A stretch of DNA of 64,000 nucleotides from Candidatus Poribacteria bacterium. Its GTDB lineage: Bacteria; Poribacteria; WGA-4E; WGA-3G. This document shows positions 40,506-50,853 of this stretch, piece after piece. The position numbers and the translations under genes are program-made. Numbering within the stretch: the stretch's first letter is position 1; the number at the start of each line of letters is the position of its first letter. The stretch is from NCBI GenBank assembly GCA_963663765.2, contig CAXXUA010000004.1, positions 224,001 to 288,000 of the forward strand. The letters are read 5' to 3'. The notes beneath the pieces were generated by a model that saw only the letters and a list, made by a program, of their open reading frames with translations, was not told where the DNA came from and did no database searches.

Positions 40506-41911
40506 TGTTCCGATGATTTATTATTCGGGGGTGTAGGACGTTCTGGTGGAAGCGGTGGCCGCTGTGGTACCATTTCTCTACCTATTTTGCGGATTGCTTC
40601 CAGTTCTTTGATTACCTTTTGTAATGCCTTAAGGTCTTTTGGTAAATCTCCACCGTGTAGGAGTATCAATTCCTCAAACCATTTTTTGACTTGCTCTGGA
40701 CTGGGTGGTTCTGGTGGCTGTGGCGGATGTCTGTTTTTCCCAACTTGAGAAGGTATTTTCCGCTGTACATCCGATTTCTTTGCAGTATCTTTAGGTACCC
40801 CCACTTCCTCGTGTGGATGCGAGTGGTCTTGTTGAGTGTCTGCTACGTTGGGTCTTGTTACCTGAAAGGTTTCGTTTTTTGGTTGGTTAAAAAGCTCATC
40901 GTGAGCAGACACCAGCTTTTCAATTTGCTTTTCCGCTTGCTCCAATTCTGCCATACGCTTCTCAAAAAAACGTGGTTTTGAGACATCATCTGGTAAAGGA
41001 TTCCCATCCTTATCCCTATACACAATGTGCATTCCTTTCGGAATGATACCGAACATTATTAGGTCTTCTCTTTCTTTATCCGTGAGTTTCGCACCGATAA
41101 CTCTGACATAACCTGTGTTCGGATCAAGATGGACATGTGCAGAATCTTTGTGAAAAGCTGTGAAAACACCGGTTGCACTGACGCTACCTCCAATGTAATC
41201 AGGGTTTGTCCTGTATTCTTGTTCAAGAATATTTGCAGCAATAACTTGCGATTTTAGAAAGAGATCTTCATACTCTTCCCATGTTATAGCCGTATCTGCT
41301 GGAATTCCTAGCTCTGAAAGAACAGAAGTTCTTCCAGTGAAACCCGGGTCTTTAGGGTGTAACGGTTCCAAATTATCAAATTCCTTCTGTTGATTGTTTA
41401 AGCGACTTCGCTGCCTTAAAGCAGATCTATAGTTATAACCTGTAAGTAAAGGATATCCAAGGTCCAAGCAGCGTTGTAACCATTCATCGCACGGATAGAT
41501 ATCTTCAATCCACCCATGGTGTTTTTGCCAATGAATCCCTAACTCTTGATCCCACCACATTTCATTCATTTTTGCAACGGTGTAGGGCTGCAAATTTCTT
41601 TTTATTGTCGAGAGATCAAGTTTTTCCCATACTTTTTGGATTTGATGTTTCGTTTCTCCCTGAGTGGCAGCAGTGTCGTGTAGTATGATGGATGGTGACA
41701 TACTGAACTTATCTTGTTCTGGTTTATCATAAATATGGATATGAGAGACAACATCACCATCTGGAGAAAAATGTTGATGCGGTTTCGATTCTGGCAAACG
41801 AGTAAAATGATCATGAACACCAGAGTGCCGCGGTTTGGTGACAAAGAAAGTGAACCCGAAAATAATAACGACAAAAACGGATATGGTATAATAAACACTT
41901 TTTCTTTTCAT
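40502..41911 (-). CDS. Membrane-anchored hypothetical paralogue; C-terminal 37 aa identical to 37613-38965
   Basis: Start set at the ATG after AGGAGG; family motifs. Confidence 0.85.
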   Translation of the reverse strand: MKRKSVYYTISVFVVIIFGFTFFVTKPRHSGVHDHFTRLPESKPHQHFSPDGDVVSHIHIYDKPEQDKFSMSPSIILHDTAATQGETKHQIQKVWEKLDLSTIKRNLQPYTVAKMNEMWWDQELGIHWQKHHGWIEDIYPCDEWLQRCLDLGYPLLTGYNYRSALRQRSRLNNQQKEFDNLEPLHPKDPGFTGRTSVLSELGIPADTAITWEEYEDLFLKSQVIAANILEQEYRTNPDYIGGSVSATGVFTAFHKDSAHVHLDPNTGYVRVIGAKLTDKEREDLIMFGIIPKGMHIVYRDKDGNPLPDDVSKPRFFEKRMAELEQAEKQIEKLVSAHDELFNQPKNETFQVTRPNVADTQQDHSHPHEEVGVPKDTAKKSDVQRKIPSQVGKNRHPPQPPEPPSPEQVKKWFEELILLHGGDLPKDLKALQKVIKELEAIRKIGREMVPQRPPLPPERPTPPNNKSSEQ

Positions 41912-42469
41912 TGAGGTTCCTCCTGATCCTGAAAGAGAAATAAGTATATACGGACCTATTTTATAAAACAACTATAATCTTAGTTAACGTGGGTTTGATA
42001 ATTATATAGGACAGACGCATTCCCCCTTGATAAGGGGGATTTAGGGGGTTAAAAACGCCAAAATAACGATTTTTTTCAGCAAATATCCGCTGTTCAGATG
42101 GTAAATATCTTAAACGTTTATTTAAGTAATAAAGCGATTTCACTTGGAAGCGTACCATTGTCAAACTCCTGATATTAAAGTTAAATCCCTAATATTAAAG
42201 AATAAATGCGCGGTAACATAGTTTTTCGTTCACACCACGCGACTCCTCAAATATTTTTACTCTAATAAAAGGCATGTCAAATTAACTCTGAAATATCGTG
42301 AAATATTGGAAGTGATACGATATTCTATTTACAATTATACACACAAAATTCTTTTATACAGAACTTGTAGCGAGTAAGAGCTAAGAATTCAAAGTAAATG
42401 GAGATCTGAAGCAGAAAGAAAAGGACAAAAATTACCTCTCTTTCTTTTCTTATTTCACCACAAACTTAT

Positions 42470-42819
42470 GGGTGTGTAAAGTTTTTGCACAAAGGTACAA
42501 ACTTTTGTTCTCTTTAGTCCCGTAGGGACGCAATGTTTATAGATAGGTGTAATCACCCTCTCTTGAGTTCCGTAGGAACGACATAGAAGAATAAACATAT
42601 CGTCCCTACGGGACTAAAGAACTGGTAAGGGCACTTGTTTTCTATAAACATATCGTCCCTACGGGACTGAAGAGTATGGTTGATATTAACAATATTTCCT
42701 TATATTGACACATATCGGTCTCTGTACCCGCAATCTCTCATTTAATCAGTTGCGGCGGGGCACAGAGATCCCGCTCTACAATGGAGAATGTGCAGTTTGT
42801 GCAAAAACTTTACACACCC
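42470..42819. mobile_element. MITE family B, flanks CAAACTTAT/CATACTTAT
   Basis: TIRs, near-perfect 9-bp TSD, internal REPs. Confidence 0.8.
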
Positions 42820-42961
42820 CATACTTATGTCTTACTCACTATGACTTCACACACAAAATTCATTTTTGTCAAATCTTTTTTTGTAAATTCTAACAGGGCT
42901 TATGCATTTCCCTTATCAAAGAGGCTATAAGAGGAAAAGGAAATGCGTAAATCCTCACAAT

Positions 42962-43672
42962 TTAGTAAATGGCCTTATCCCTTTTAAGTTTTCCCCAAGT
43001 CGTTGAAAGTTTTTCAGTTGGTTCAACAGCAAATGATTTTGCTGGTCCACCGTTTGGTATATTCTCACCAGCAACTTGGAAATTATCAAACCTTACTCGT
43101 GCATTTCTAACTACGAGTCCGACCTTTCCTCCATCTAATGGATTGCTATCTGATGCAGCGAAAATGAAATTATCAATCTGAAAAGAGAGAGAACCCTCAT
43201 CCATGACTGTTGCAGTCAGTGTATACCATGTATCTAATTCAGGAGTAAAAGTGCGTACAACATATCCATTTCCTGGTGCCCAACGTTCAATTGAAGCGGT
43301 GTTTCTTTCATAATCCAGCAAGAACATGTATCTACTGTCCTCGTCTTCCCTATCATGTAGGCTTAGTCCGACAATAGGTGTTCCAAAACCATCTTTAACC
43401 AACTTGACCCTGCACGACACGGTATAATGTTCCCAGGATAGTTCCCCAGTATTCCATATACTATAAAATGGATCTTCAAGTATTTCACCGACTGCCTCAC
43501 CATCATCAATCCACCATTTTTCAAATTGTCGATTTAGGTTATAGATTTCCCATTCCTTTATATTATCGTCTTCAAAATCATCTCTCCATGTTCCAGCGAA
43601 AGATGTGAAAATGGTATACAAAGTAAAGAATACTATGACGATATACTTAGATGTATTAAATGAATTTTTCAT
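42962..43672 (-). CDS. Secreted beta-sandwich (DUF1080/concanavalin-like) protein with conserved C-terminal tail
   Basis: Signal peptide, WRDDFED, GKVGL......RFDNF, AVEPTEKLSTTWGKLK. Confidence 0.8.
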   Translation of the reverse strand: MKNSFNTSKYIVIVFFTLYTIFTSFAGTWRDDFEDDNIKEWEIYNLNRQFEKWWIDDGEAVGEILEDPFYSIWNTGELSWEHYTVSCRVKLVKDGFGTPIVGLSLHDREDEDSRYMFLLDYERNTASIERWAPGNGYVVRTFTPELDTWYTLTATVMDEGSLSFQIDNFIFAASDSNPLDGGKVGLVVRNARVRFDNFQVAGENIPNGGPAKSFAVEPTEKLSTTWGKLKRDKAIY

Positions 43673-43682
43673 TTTTCTCCCC

Positions 43683-46600
43683 TTAAGCTTCTTTGACAAT
43701 ACATTGATTCACAGAGTCTGAATATATACAGAATCTGCAGTGGTTAATATTTTTTATATATTTACCTTGTTGTAATGAATTTATATTTTGAACACATGCA
43801 TTTGATATTTCAGGACAGTGTTTTTCATCAATGCACATTTTTTCACAATTGCCACTATTAGTAAAAAAATAATTAATATTTACTTTTGGAGTATTTGGAT
43901 AGGCTTGATGAATAAGTAAACCCATTAGCTCCATCTCATATTTGTAGTATTCACGTTGTTCTTCCTTAGATGTAACGAAATTAATTGCATGTAGTTGACC
44001 TGTATGATCAAAAAAGAGTCTATCAATCTTCCCTGAAAGAATGTGTCCATGTATTTCTGCAGTTATTCTATGATTGATAAAATGCTTGGATGCAGAAATA
44101 GCGTTCTGTGCTAAGTCTGTATCGGAAAAGTTGCTAATATGAAATCTTACAATATCAAATAGTTCGGACGAATTATCTTCTCCTTTAAATGCAGAAATAA
44201 ATTTTAGTGTTTGTGTGATCAAATTGTCTGGATTATGTATATGTGACGGATGTTGAATTCGGGAAAGAACACGGAGAATTGTTGATTCCAACTCATCTTC
44301 ATCTTTATCTGTTTTACTCTCACCTATAGGTTGAATTTGTAAGACATTTTCTAACTGATATCGTAGCGGACAACATCTATAGTTAGCAAGTTCATTGAAT
44401 GTATAGGAAGCAGGAATAATAGAATGTTGAATTTTTTTGAAAGGTTGTATTGAAAAATCTTCTGCATTTGGAACATCCATCTTATCATCTATTTCTATTT
44501 CATCAATCTGATTGATGATAGGTATCTGTAATTCATGAGAATGAGTTATAGTTTCTTCATTGAAATATTCAAGAGAATTAACTTGCTTTGAAAAAGCCTC
44601 ATCATTGTCACTGATTTCAAGTTTTTCAAATAACCACTTGAGCATGTTATCAAATTTACCCCAAGCATTTAGTGAACCAGATAGGATTAGACGGTCTTTT
44701 GCTCGGGTGGCTCCAACATAAAATAATCGTTTTTTCTCAGCTTCGTCTTTAGCTTTTGCACGATCTTTCATCAATGTTATAATCTCAGGAGAAGTTTTTG
44801 TGTAAGCATCCTCAGGATTGCGTGGACTAAAACCTATTCCGAGTAGATCGTCAATAAACGGTTCTTGTGTAAACCTTCCTGATCTATTGAGAGACGGGAG
44901 TATAACGATTGGGAATTGTTTTCCTTTTGCAGAATGGATAGTCATTATTTGAATAGCTTCACTACTCTCTTCAATGGGTGCTTGTCCTTCACGTGGTTCT
45001 TCAGTAATCAGTATGTCAAGAAATTCTATGAAATCTGATAATGTTGGCTTATTTTCATCTCCATCAAAATTTCTTGCAAGGTCTATTAGTTTCTGGTAGT
45101 TCGCCCATTTTTGCTGTCCTTGATGACCGATTTTTAATGTTCCTATCAACCCAGTTTGATTTACAATAGTCATGATAAACTGACTGATGGATGAACGCAT
45201 TGCAATCTGCCTGTGATTACTTATTTTTGCTATTGAGTTTTTGAGTCTTTCAGAAGCGTTTTTATAATTCATAACTTTATGCCAGAAATCATCACCAGTC
45301 TGTCGTGATATTTCAAAAAGTTCAGTATCAGAAATAGCGAAAGCTGGTCCACGTAGAATTCCAATGAGTGATGTATCATTTTTTGAAGGATTATTTAAGA
45401 AACTGATATAATTCCAGATGTCGTAGATTTCCTGTCTTTGATAAAACCCAACTCCTCCTGTCGTCAAATATGGTATATCTGCTGAGATAAGCGCTTGTTC
45501 CATTTCAGGTAGAACACTTCTACTACGAATAAGGATAGCAATATCACCATATTCAATAGGACATGGTATTTCATCCTCACCATCCGTTCTAATCCGAATA
45601 GTTTCTTTATTATCAATCATTCTTCTAATGTGTTGAGCTATGAGTACATACTCATTTCTTGTCTCATCTCTCTTGTCTCCTATCAGGATTTCAACTACAC
45701 CATTATTTTTACTATCACGTGCATTGGTAAGGGCATTAAATTCAACTTCATATTCAGATTCTGTTCCATCTCCCATAAGTCGATAAAAAAAGAAATTTGT
45801 AAATGCAAGCGGATTGCGTAACGAACGAAAGTTTTCGCTGAGAATTATATTTTCACCTTCATTCTCAATCTGTTGTTGCGTTCTGTCAAATACGCGTACA
45901 TCAGACCCTCGAAACCCGTAAATACTTTGCTTTGGATCTCCAACTATAAAAACATTGCTTGCTTGAAAGTCTTTTGTAAGAAGTTTCACTATCTCATGCT
46001 GCAACTCATTTGTATCCTGATATTCGTCAACCATGTAATACTTATATCTTTTGATTAATTCCTCCCGGATAACATGGTTATTTTTAAGCAAATCTCTTGT
46101 TTTCAGTTGTAAATCCTCAAAGTCAAGTTTACCTTGTGAATATTTATGGTTTTGATAATCGTTAAGAACTCTCTTATATAGAGAAAACAGATGTTTCGTA
46201 GTGTCAATTAGATAACGATCATCTGTATCGGTATTATCAGTTTCCAACGGTGTACTTGATTTAATATCCTTTGATGCAGTTACCAAGAATTTGATTTCTT
46301 TATCATAACCGGAAGTATTATTTCCTCTACCAATAAAATCATTTTTTGCAATACTTCCACCTTTTGTTGTAATTAATTCTGCAATTTTCCTTCGTAATTT
46401 GTGCGCTTCAATGGAGTCCTTTATTGTTGATAATTTAGTTGTTAAGATATTTACTTCAGATGCGTTCGGACCTTGTGCAATGTTTAATACGGGTGTCAAA
46501 CACTCTAACCATCTTCTCGTAATATGTTGATTCCAAAAGTCGTATATATCATTGCCAGAATTATTGTAGCGTTCTAATATAAGCGTTGATACCATATCCC

Positions 46601-47120
46601 GTTTTCCAACCATTGTTGAAAAAAATTCTGTAAGTTTCGTCCGATTGTTGTAACGTTGCAGTGAATGTTTTAGATCCGTGTAGTGCGAATCTTCAGGATT
46701 ATATGCAATTTCATCAAGTGTTTTCTTGATAGTGTGTCGTAACAGCAGTGTCTGATCAATACCTTGTAATATGCTAAAGTTGGCGGGGATTCCAGCTTGA
46801 AATGGAAATTCTCTTAGAATTCGCGAACAAAATGCATGAATAGTTGAGATAGGTGCAACATTCATCTCCTCAAGGAATGTTTCGCGCAAGGCACTATCTT
46901 CAATTTCCTTGATTTTATCTATGATACGTCCCTTCATTTCTGCAGCAGCCTTTTCGGTAAATGTAATAGCAACGATTTCACGCGGTCTAGTTGTACCTTG
47001 TTTCAGTATTTCGGAATAACGCGCAACTAATACAGTTGTCTTACCGGAGCCTGCGCCCGCTGTAACGCAAATATTTTCTTTTATGTTGATAGCATGTTGT
47101 TGGTTTTGTGTAAGTTTCAT
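43683..47120 (-). CDS. UvrD/AddA-like helicase with degenerate C-terminal nuclease domain
   Basis: AGAGSGKT, TFTEKAA, DEYQDT, VGDPKQSIYGFRG, TIHSAKG, YVGATRA. Confidence 0.9.
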   Translation of the reverse strand: MKLTQNQQHAINIKENICVTAGAGSGKTTVLVARYSEILKQGTTRPREIVAITFTEKAAAEMKGRIIDKIKEIEDSALRETFLEEMNVAPISTIHAFCSRILREFPFQAGIPANFSILQGIDQTLLLRHTIKKTLDEIAYNPEDSHYTDLKHSLQRYNNRTKLTEFFSTMVGKRDMVSTLILERYNNSGNDIYDFWNQHITRRWLECLTPVLNIAQGPNASEVNILTTKLSTIKDSIEAHKLRRKIAELITTKGGSIAKNDFIGRGNNTSGYDKEIKFLVTASKDIKSSTPLETDNTDTDDRYLIDTTKHLFSLYKRVLNDYQNHKYSQGKLDFEDLQLKTRDLLKNNHVIREELIKRYKYYMVDEYQDTNELQHEIVKLLTKDFQASNVFIVGDPKQSIYGFRGSDVRVFDRTQQQIENEGENIILSENFRSLRNPLAFTNFFFYRLMGDGTESEYEVEFNALTNARDSKNNGVVEILIGDKRDETRNEYVLIAQHIRRMIDNKETIRIRTDGEDEIPCPIEYGDIAILIRSRSVLPEMEQALISADIPYLTTGGVGFYQRQEIYDIWNYISFLNNPSKNDTSLIGILRGPAFAISDTELFEISRQTGDDFWHKVMNYKNASERLKNSIAKISNHRQIAMRSSISQFIMTIVNQTGLIGTLKIGHQGQQKWANYQKLIDLARNFDGDENKPTLSDFIEFLDILITEEPREGQAPIEESSEAIQIMTIHSAKGKQFPIVILPSLNRSGRFTQEPFIDDLLGIGFSPRNPEDAYTKTSPEIITLMKDRAKAKDEAEKKRLFYVGATRAKDRLILSGSLNAWGKFDNMLKWLFEKLEISDNDEAFSKQVNSLEYFNEETITHSHELQIPIINQIDEIEIDDKMDVPNAEDFSIQPFKKIQHSIIPASYTFNELANYRCCPLRYQLENVLQIQPIGESKTDKDEDELESTILRVLSRIQHPSHIHNPDNLITQTLKFISAFKGEDNSSELFDIVRFHISNFSDTDLAQNAISASKHFINHRITAEIHGHILSGKIDRLFFDHTGQLHAINFVTSKEEQREYYKYEMELMGLLIHQAYPNTPKVNINYFFTNSGNCEKMCIDEKHCPEISNACVQNINSLQQGKYIKNINHCRFCIYSDSVNQCIVKEA

Positions 47121-47153
47121 TTTATTTTGTCTTATGAAATAATTAGTCAATGG

Positions 47154-48227
47154 CTATTTGTCTATGGGTAATGGGACGATAGCTTTTGGAGATATAGAGA
47201 CATTAATTGTATCACCAGGTTGCTTTATTTCAGTTCCAGGATCATAAATGAGAGCTTTCAGTTTCAAGTCATCACCAATTTTCAATTCGTATTCTTCAAC
47301 TCTACCCAAATATGTTACATTTCCAACCTTTGCGGAAAATTGATTAGTTGACGTTTTTCCATTCAGGTGGATCATCTCAGGACGAATTGAACACTTTACA
47401 TTCTGTCCCTGCGTGAAGTCATGGTGAACACTTTCTGTATGAAGCACACCAACGGAGGTTTGGATTGCTGCTTTACCTTCTGTGATTTCCTGTATATTAC
47501 CATTTATGAAGTTTGTTTCACCTACAAAACTGGCAACGAATGGGTCAACAGGATTTTGATAGATTTCACGCGGCGTACCAACTTGTACAAAGACACCATC
47601 TTTCATTATAGCCATTCTGTCAGCCATGGAAATAGCCTCTATTTGGTCGTGAGTGACATAAATTGTGGTGATGTTTGTCCGTTTTTGTATTTCTTTGATT
47701 TCGTTTCGTAGACTTTGACGAAGTGCAGCATCCAAATTACTCAGCGGTTCGTCAAGTAACAACACACTCGGTTCAATGACTAACGCCCGTGCTAACGCTA
47801 TACGCTGTTGTTGTCCTCCTGAGAGTGTATTAACTGGACGGTCTCTGTATTCTTCCATTTGCACCATTTCAAGAACAGTATCAATTTTTTCTTTTCGTGT
47901 AGTTTTGTTTAGTTTACGTAGAACAAGACCGTAATCAATGTTTTCTGCAACGGTCATGTGTGGCCAGAGTGCATAGTTTTGGAATACCATGCCAGTATTG
48001 CGTTGATGAGGGGGAACATTATTCACTACTTCGTTATCAAAATGTAGTAGTCCAATATCTGGGTGATAGAATCCTGCAATCACTCGAAGTAAAGTAGATT
48101 TACCACAACCAGAGGGACCGAGTAGGAAAAACAGTTCACCACGTTCAATCGTCAAGGAAACATTATTGACTGCAATCGTGGTATCAAATGCTTTAGTAAT
48201 TTGATTTAATTCTACACTAACTGACAT
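47154..48227 (-). CDS. ABC transporter ATP-binding protein (PotA/FbpC-like, TOBE domain)
   Basis: GPSGCGKS, LSGGQQQR, LLDEPLSNLD. Confidence 0.92.
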   Translation of the reverse strand: MSVSVELNQITKAFDTTIAVNNVSLTIERGELFFLLGPSGCGKSTLLRVIAGFYHPDIGLLHFDNEVVNNVPPHQRNTGMVFQNYALWPHMTVAENIDYGLVLRKLNKTTRKEKIDTVLEMVQMEEYRDRPVNTLSGGQQQRIALARALVIEPSVLLLDEPLSNLDAALRQSLRNEIKEIQKRTNITTIYVTHDQIEAISMADRMAIMKDGVFVQVGTPREIYQNPVDPFVASFVGETNFINGNIQEITEGKAAIQTSVGVLHTESVHHDFTQGQNVKCSIRPEMIHLNGKTSTNQFSAKVGNVTYLGRVEEYELKIGDDLKLKALIYDPGTEIKQPGDTINVSISPKAIVPLPIDK

Positions 48228-48263
48228 AAATTATATACCTAACCAGATACTTGATTAATTTGT

Positions 48264-48458
48264 CAGGACTTACGCAGTTTTCTTAATTTGATCAAGAAAT
48301 TTGATGAAAATGATGTAATTATGAGCATTTTTATGTGTTTCCAGCGCGCTTACAAAGCACCAAATCAAGAAATCAACGGTATGAATGCCATTAAGGCATT
48401 CCCCGGGTATGAATGCCATTTAGGCATTCCCCGCCTACCGTTCGGTGCGTAAGTCCTG
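48264..48458. mobile_element. MITE family A, TSD TTTGT, with a doubled hairpin micro-insert
   Basis: TIRs and direct repeat; insert at 48361-48432. Confidence 0.85.
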
Positions 48459-48467
48459 TTTGTAAAT

Positions 48468-49280
48468 CTATTCTTCAATATCTTTAACACATCGAAACCC
48501 AATGGTGCTACCAGATGATAGATGATACCATCTATCCGTTACTCGCAAGTCGTCAATGCTTCCACTCCAACCACCACCACGTAATACTCGGAAGTTTTCA
48601 TTCTGCGGAACAGAGGAACTTCCATAACGCGGGTTGTTGATTGGTGACACACTATAGAAATCCGAATTGTAGACATCATAGCACCATTCCCAAACATTTC
48701 CAACCATATCGTATATGCCGTATCCGTTTGGTGAAAAGCTACCAACAGGTGCTGTCCATTTCCACGTGTCTTTTCCTTCAATGCTGGCATAGTTTGCATC
48801 ATTTCTGGTAATTATATCCCCTGAAGGATATGTTTTTCCACATAGATTTCCGCGGGTAGCATATTCCCATTCCGCTTCTGTTGGTAACCGTTTGTTTGCC
48901 CAGTTTGCATACGCTACAGCATCATTCCAAGACACGTTCACTACAGGATGTTCAGGTTTATTGAATCTTGTGTCATGCCAAAGCGGTGGTAAAGCGTATC
49001 CTGTTGCTGATACAAACTTTTGGTATTGTGAATTCGTTACCTCATATATATCAATGTAAAACGCATCAATAAAGACTTCATGAACTGGATATTCGTCAAA
49101 ATCACCATTGTTACTATCAGAGTCACCCATCAGAAATGTGCCTGCGGGAATAAATCGCATTTTTGCATGATCTATATTGGATACAATTGTTTCCTCAAAT
49201 TCCTTTGTTGTTATTACCTCTTGAGAAGAATCCATACACGCCCATAAAAAGATTATTGAAATTAGAAAAACAACTTTCAT
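48468..49280 (-). CDS. FGE-sulfatase (SUMF1) domain lipoprotein
   Basis: HPVVNVSW.DA, RLPTEAEWEYA, DMVGNVWEW, RVLRGG; FGE catalytic cysteines absent. Confidence 0.88.
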   Translation of the reverse strand: MKVVFLISIIFLWACMDSSQEVITTKEFEETIVSNIDHAKMRFIPAGTFLMGDSDSNNGDFDEYPVHEVFIDAFYIDIYEVTNSQYQKFVSATGYALPPLWHDTRFNKPEHPVVNVSWNDAVAYANWANKRLPTEAEWEYATRGNLCGKTYPSGDIITRNDANYASIEGKDTWKWTAPVGSFSPNGYGIYDMVGNVWEWCYDVYNSDFYSVSPINNPRYGSSSVPQNENFRVLRGGGWSGSIDDLRVTDRWYHLSSGSTIGFRCVKDIEE

Positions 49281-50728
49281 GCTGATATATTTTTACTATT
49301 TTCTATCGTAGAAACTACCTCTGTTGCAGCCTGAACCAACAGTTTTTGCTCATTCTCAAACAAAGTACGTACATCAAACCATAGTTGATCGTTTTCAATT
49401 CTTCCAATGATTGGGTTGCTGCAATCTCTAAAATACTCCGACAATTTTTCCACAGAAACCTTTTCAGGAGTAAGTACAACTGCAATACTTGGTATTGTTT
49501 CAGTAGGTAATGAACCGCTTCCAATCTCTGACTGTGTTTCAGTAATTGCAATTGAGATATTCTTATCAAAAATTGCTCGTAACTTGTCAGATAGCTGTTC
49601 TGCTGTTGTCTTTAAATCTTCAATTGAACGTGTGTATCTTTTTAGCATTGGTAATTTATCTGAAATATTATCCTGAATTAGATATGTCTGTAAGGTAGCT
49701 GAAAGTGCTGCGATTGTTAGTTTGTCAACACGAAGTGCACGCATCAAAGGATTCTTACGGATCTGATGTATCCATTCTGCTTTACCTACAATAATTCCAG
49801 CTTGTGGACCGCCAAGAAGTTTATCTCCACTGAAAGTAACAATGTCTACACCCGTTTCAATTCGATCAGCGACAACAGGTTCTTTAGGCAGTCCAAATTG
49901 GGAAAGGTCAATCAATGCACCGCTACCTAAATCTTCCATCGTTGGTATACCGCGTTCATTACCGAGTTCGGTCAATTCTTGCATTTCTGGTGTTGAGGTA
50001 AAGCCTACAACTTTGTAATTACTTGGATGTACCTTTAGTAGGAGTGCAGTATCTTCATTAATTGCATTTGCATAATCACGTAAATGAGTTCGATTTGTGG
50101 TTCCTACTTCTTTTAGAATCGCACCGCTTGCTTCCATCACATCAGGAATACGAAATGAACCACCGATTTCAATAAGTTCACCACGTGAAACGATTACCTC
50201 TTTCCCTTGTGCAACAGTTTGCAGTGCAATCAAAACAGCAGCGGCATTGTTATTTACGACTGTTGCTGCTTCACAACCTGTCAGTTGTTGTAGCATCGGT
50301 TCTGTAATACGGTCACGATGGCCACGTTTACCTGTGTCAAGATCATATTCAAGGTTGACATAATTTTGGGCTGCTTCTTGTAGGCTTTTACAAACTGAAG
50401 GAGACAGTAATGAACGACCTAAATTGGTGTGTGTTATTGTGCCTGTTGCATTAATAACAGTACGTAGGGGTGGTCTCGTTTTTTCTTTAATCCATTTGTG
50501 GACTAATGTTGGGTATTCTGACGGTTCTGGTAGGATAACATTTTCATCGCCCTGCAGAATTTGTTCGCGAAGCTCTGAGACCACTGATCTGAGTGCTGCG
50601 GTAACATACCTCCGAGCATAAATTGTATGCAGTGCTTGCATCTCTGGTAGTGATAGCAGTTTTTCGATCGACGGTAGTTGCCGCAGCAAGTTTTCAGTGG
50701 TGGATTGTTTTTCAGTGTTTGTTGACAA
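49277..50728 (-). CDS. selA: L-seryl-tRNA(Sec) selenium transferase
   Basis: INATG...HTNLGR, VNNNAAA, SRGELIEIGGSFRIPDVM, FSGDKLLGGPQAG. Confidence 0.97.
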   Translation of the reverse strand: MSTNTEKQSTTENLLRQLPSIEKLLSLPEMQALHTIYARRYVTAALRSVVSELREQILQGDENVILPEPSEYPTLVHKWIKEKTRPPLRTVINATGTITHTNLGRSLLSPSVCKSLQEAAQNYVNLEYDLDTGKRGHRDRITEPMLQQLTGCEAATVVNNNAAAVLIALQTVAQGKEVIVSRGELIEIGGSFRIPDVMEASGAILKEVGTTNRTHLRDYANAINEDTALLLKVHPSNYKVVGFTSTPEMQELTELGNERGIPTMEDLGSGALIDLSQFGLPKEPVVADRIETGVDIVTFSGDKLLGGPQAGIIVGKAEWIHQIRKNPLMRALRVDKLTIAALSATLQTYLIQDNISDKLPMLKRYTRSIEDLKTTAEQLSDKLRAIFDKNISIAITETQSEIGSGSLPTETIPSIAVVLTPEKVSVEKLSEYFRDCSNPIIGRIENDQLWFDVRTLFENEQKLLVQAATEVVSTIENSKNISA

Positions 50729-50853
50729 AATCTTATACCGAAATAGATTATTGATTGGGTTACCATGTTATCTGTTTTTGCATTTTAGTCAAGAAAAAAA
50801 TAGGCAGATACCCAAAAAGGATACCTACCTGTGATAAAATACGTCGAGGGGTG

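Noticed and set aside
48468-49280. Diversity-generating retroelement target (FGE-type C-lectin fold)
   Set aside because: No reverse transcriptase and no adenine-variant template repeat of its 3' end seen in the window
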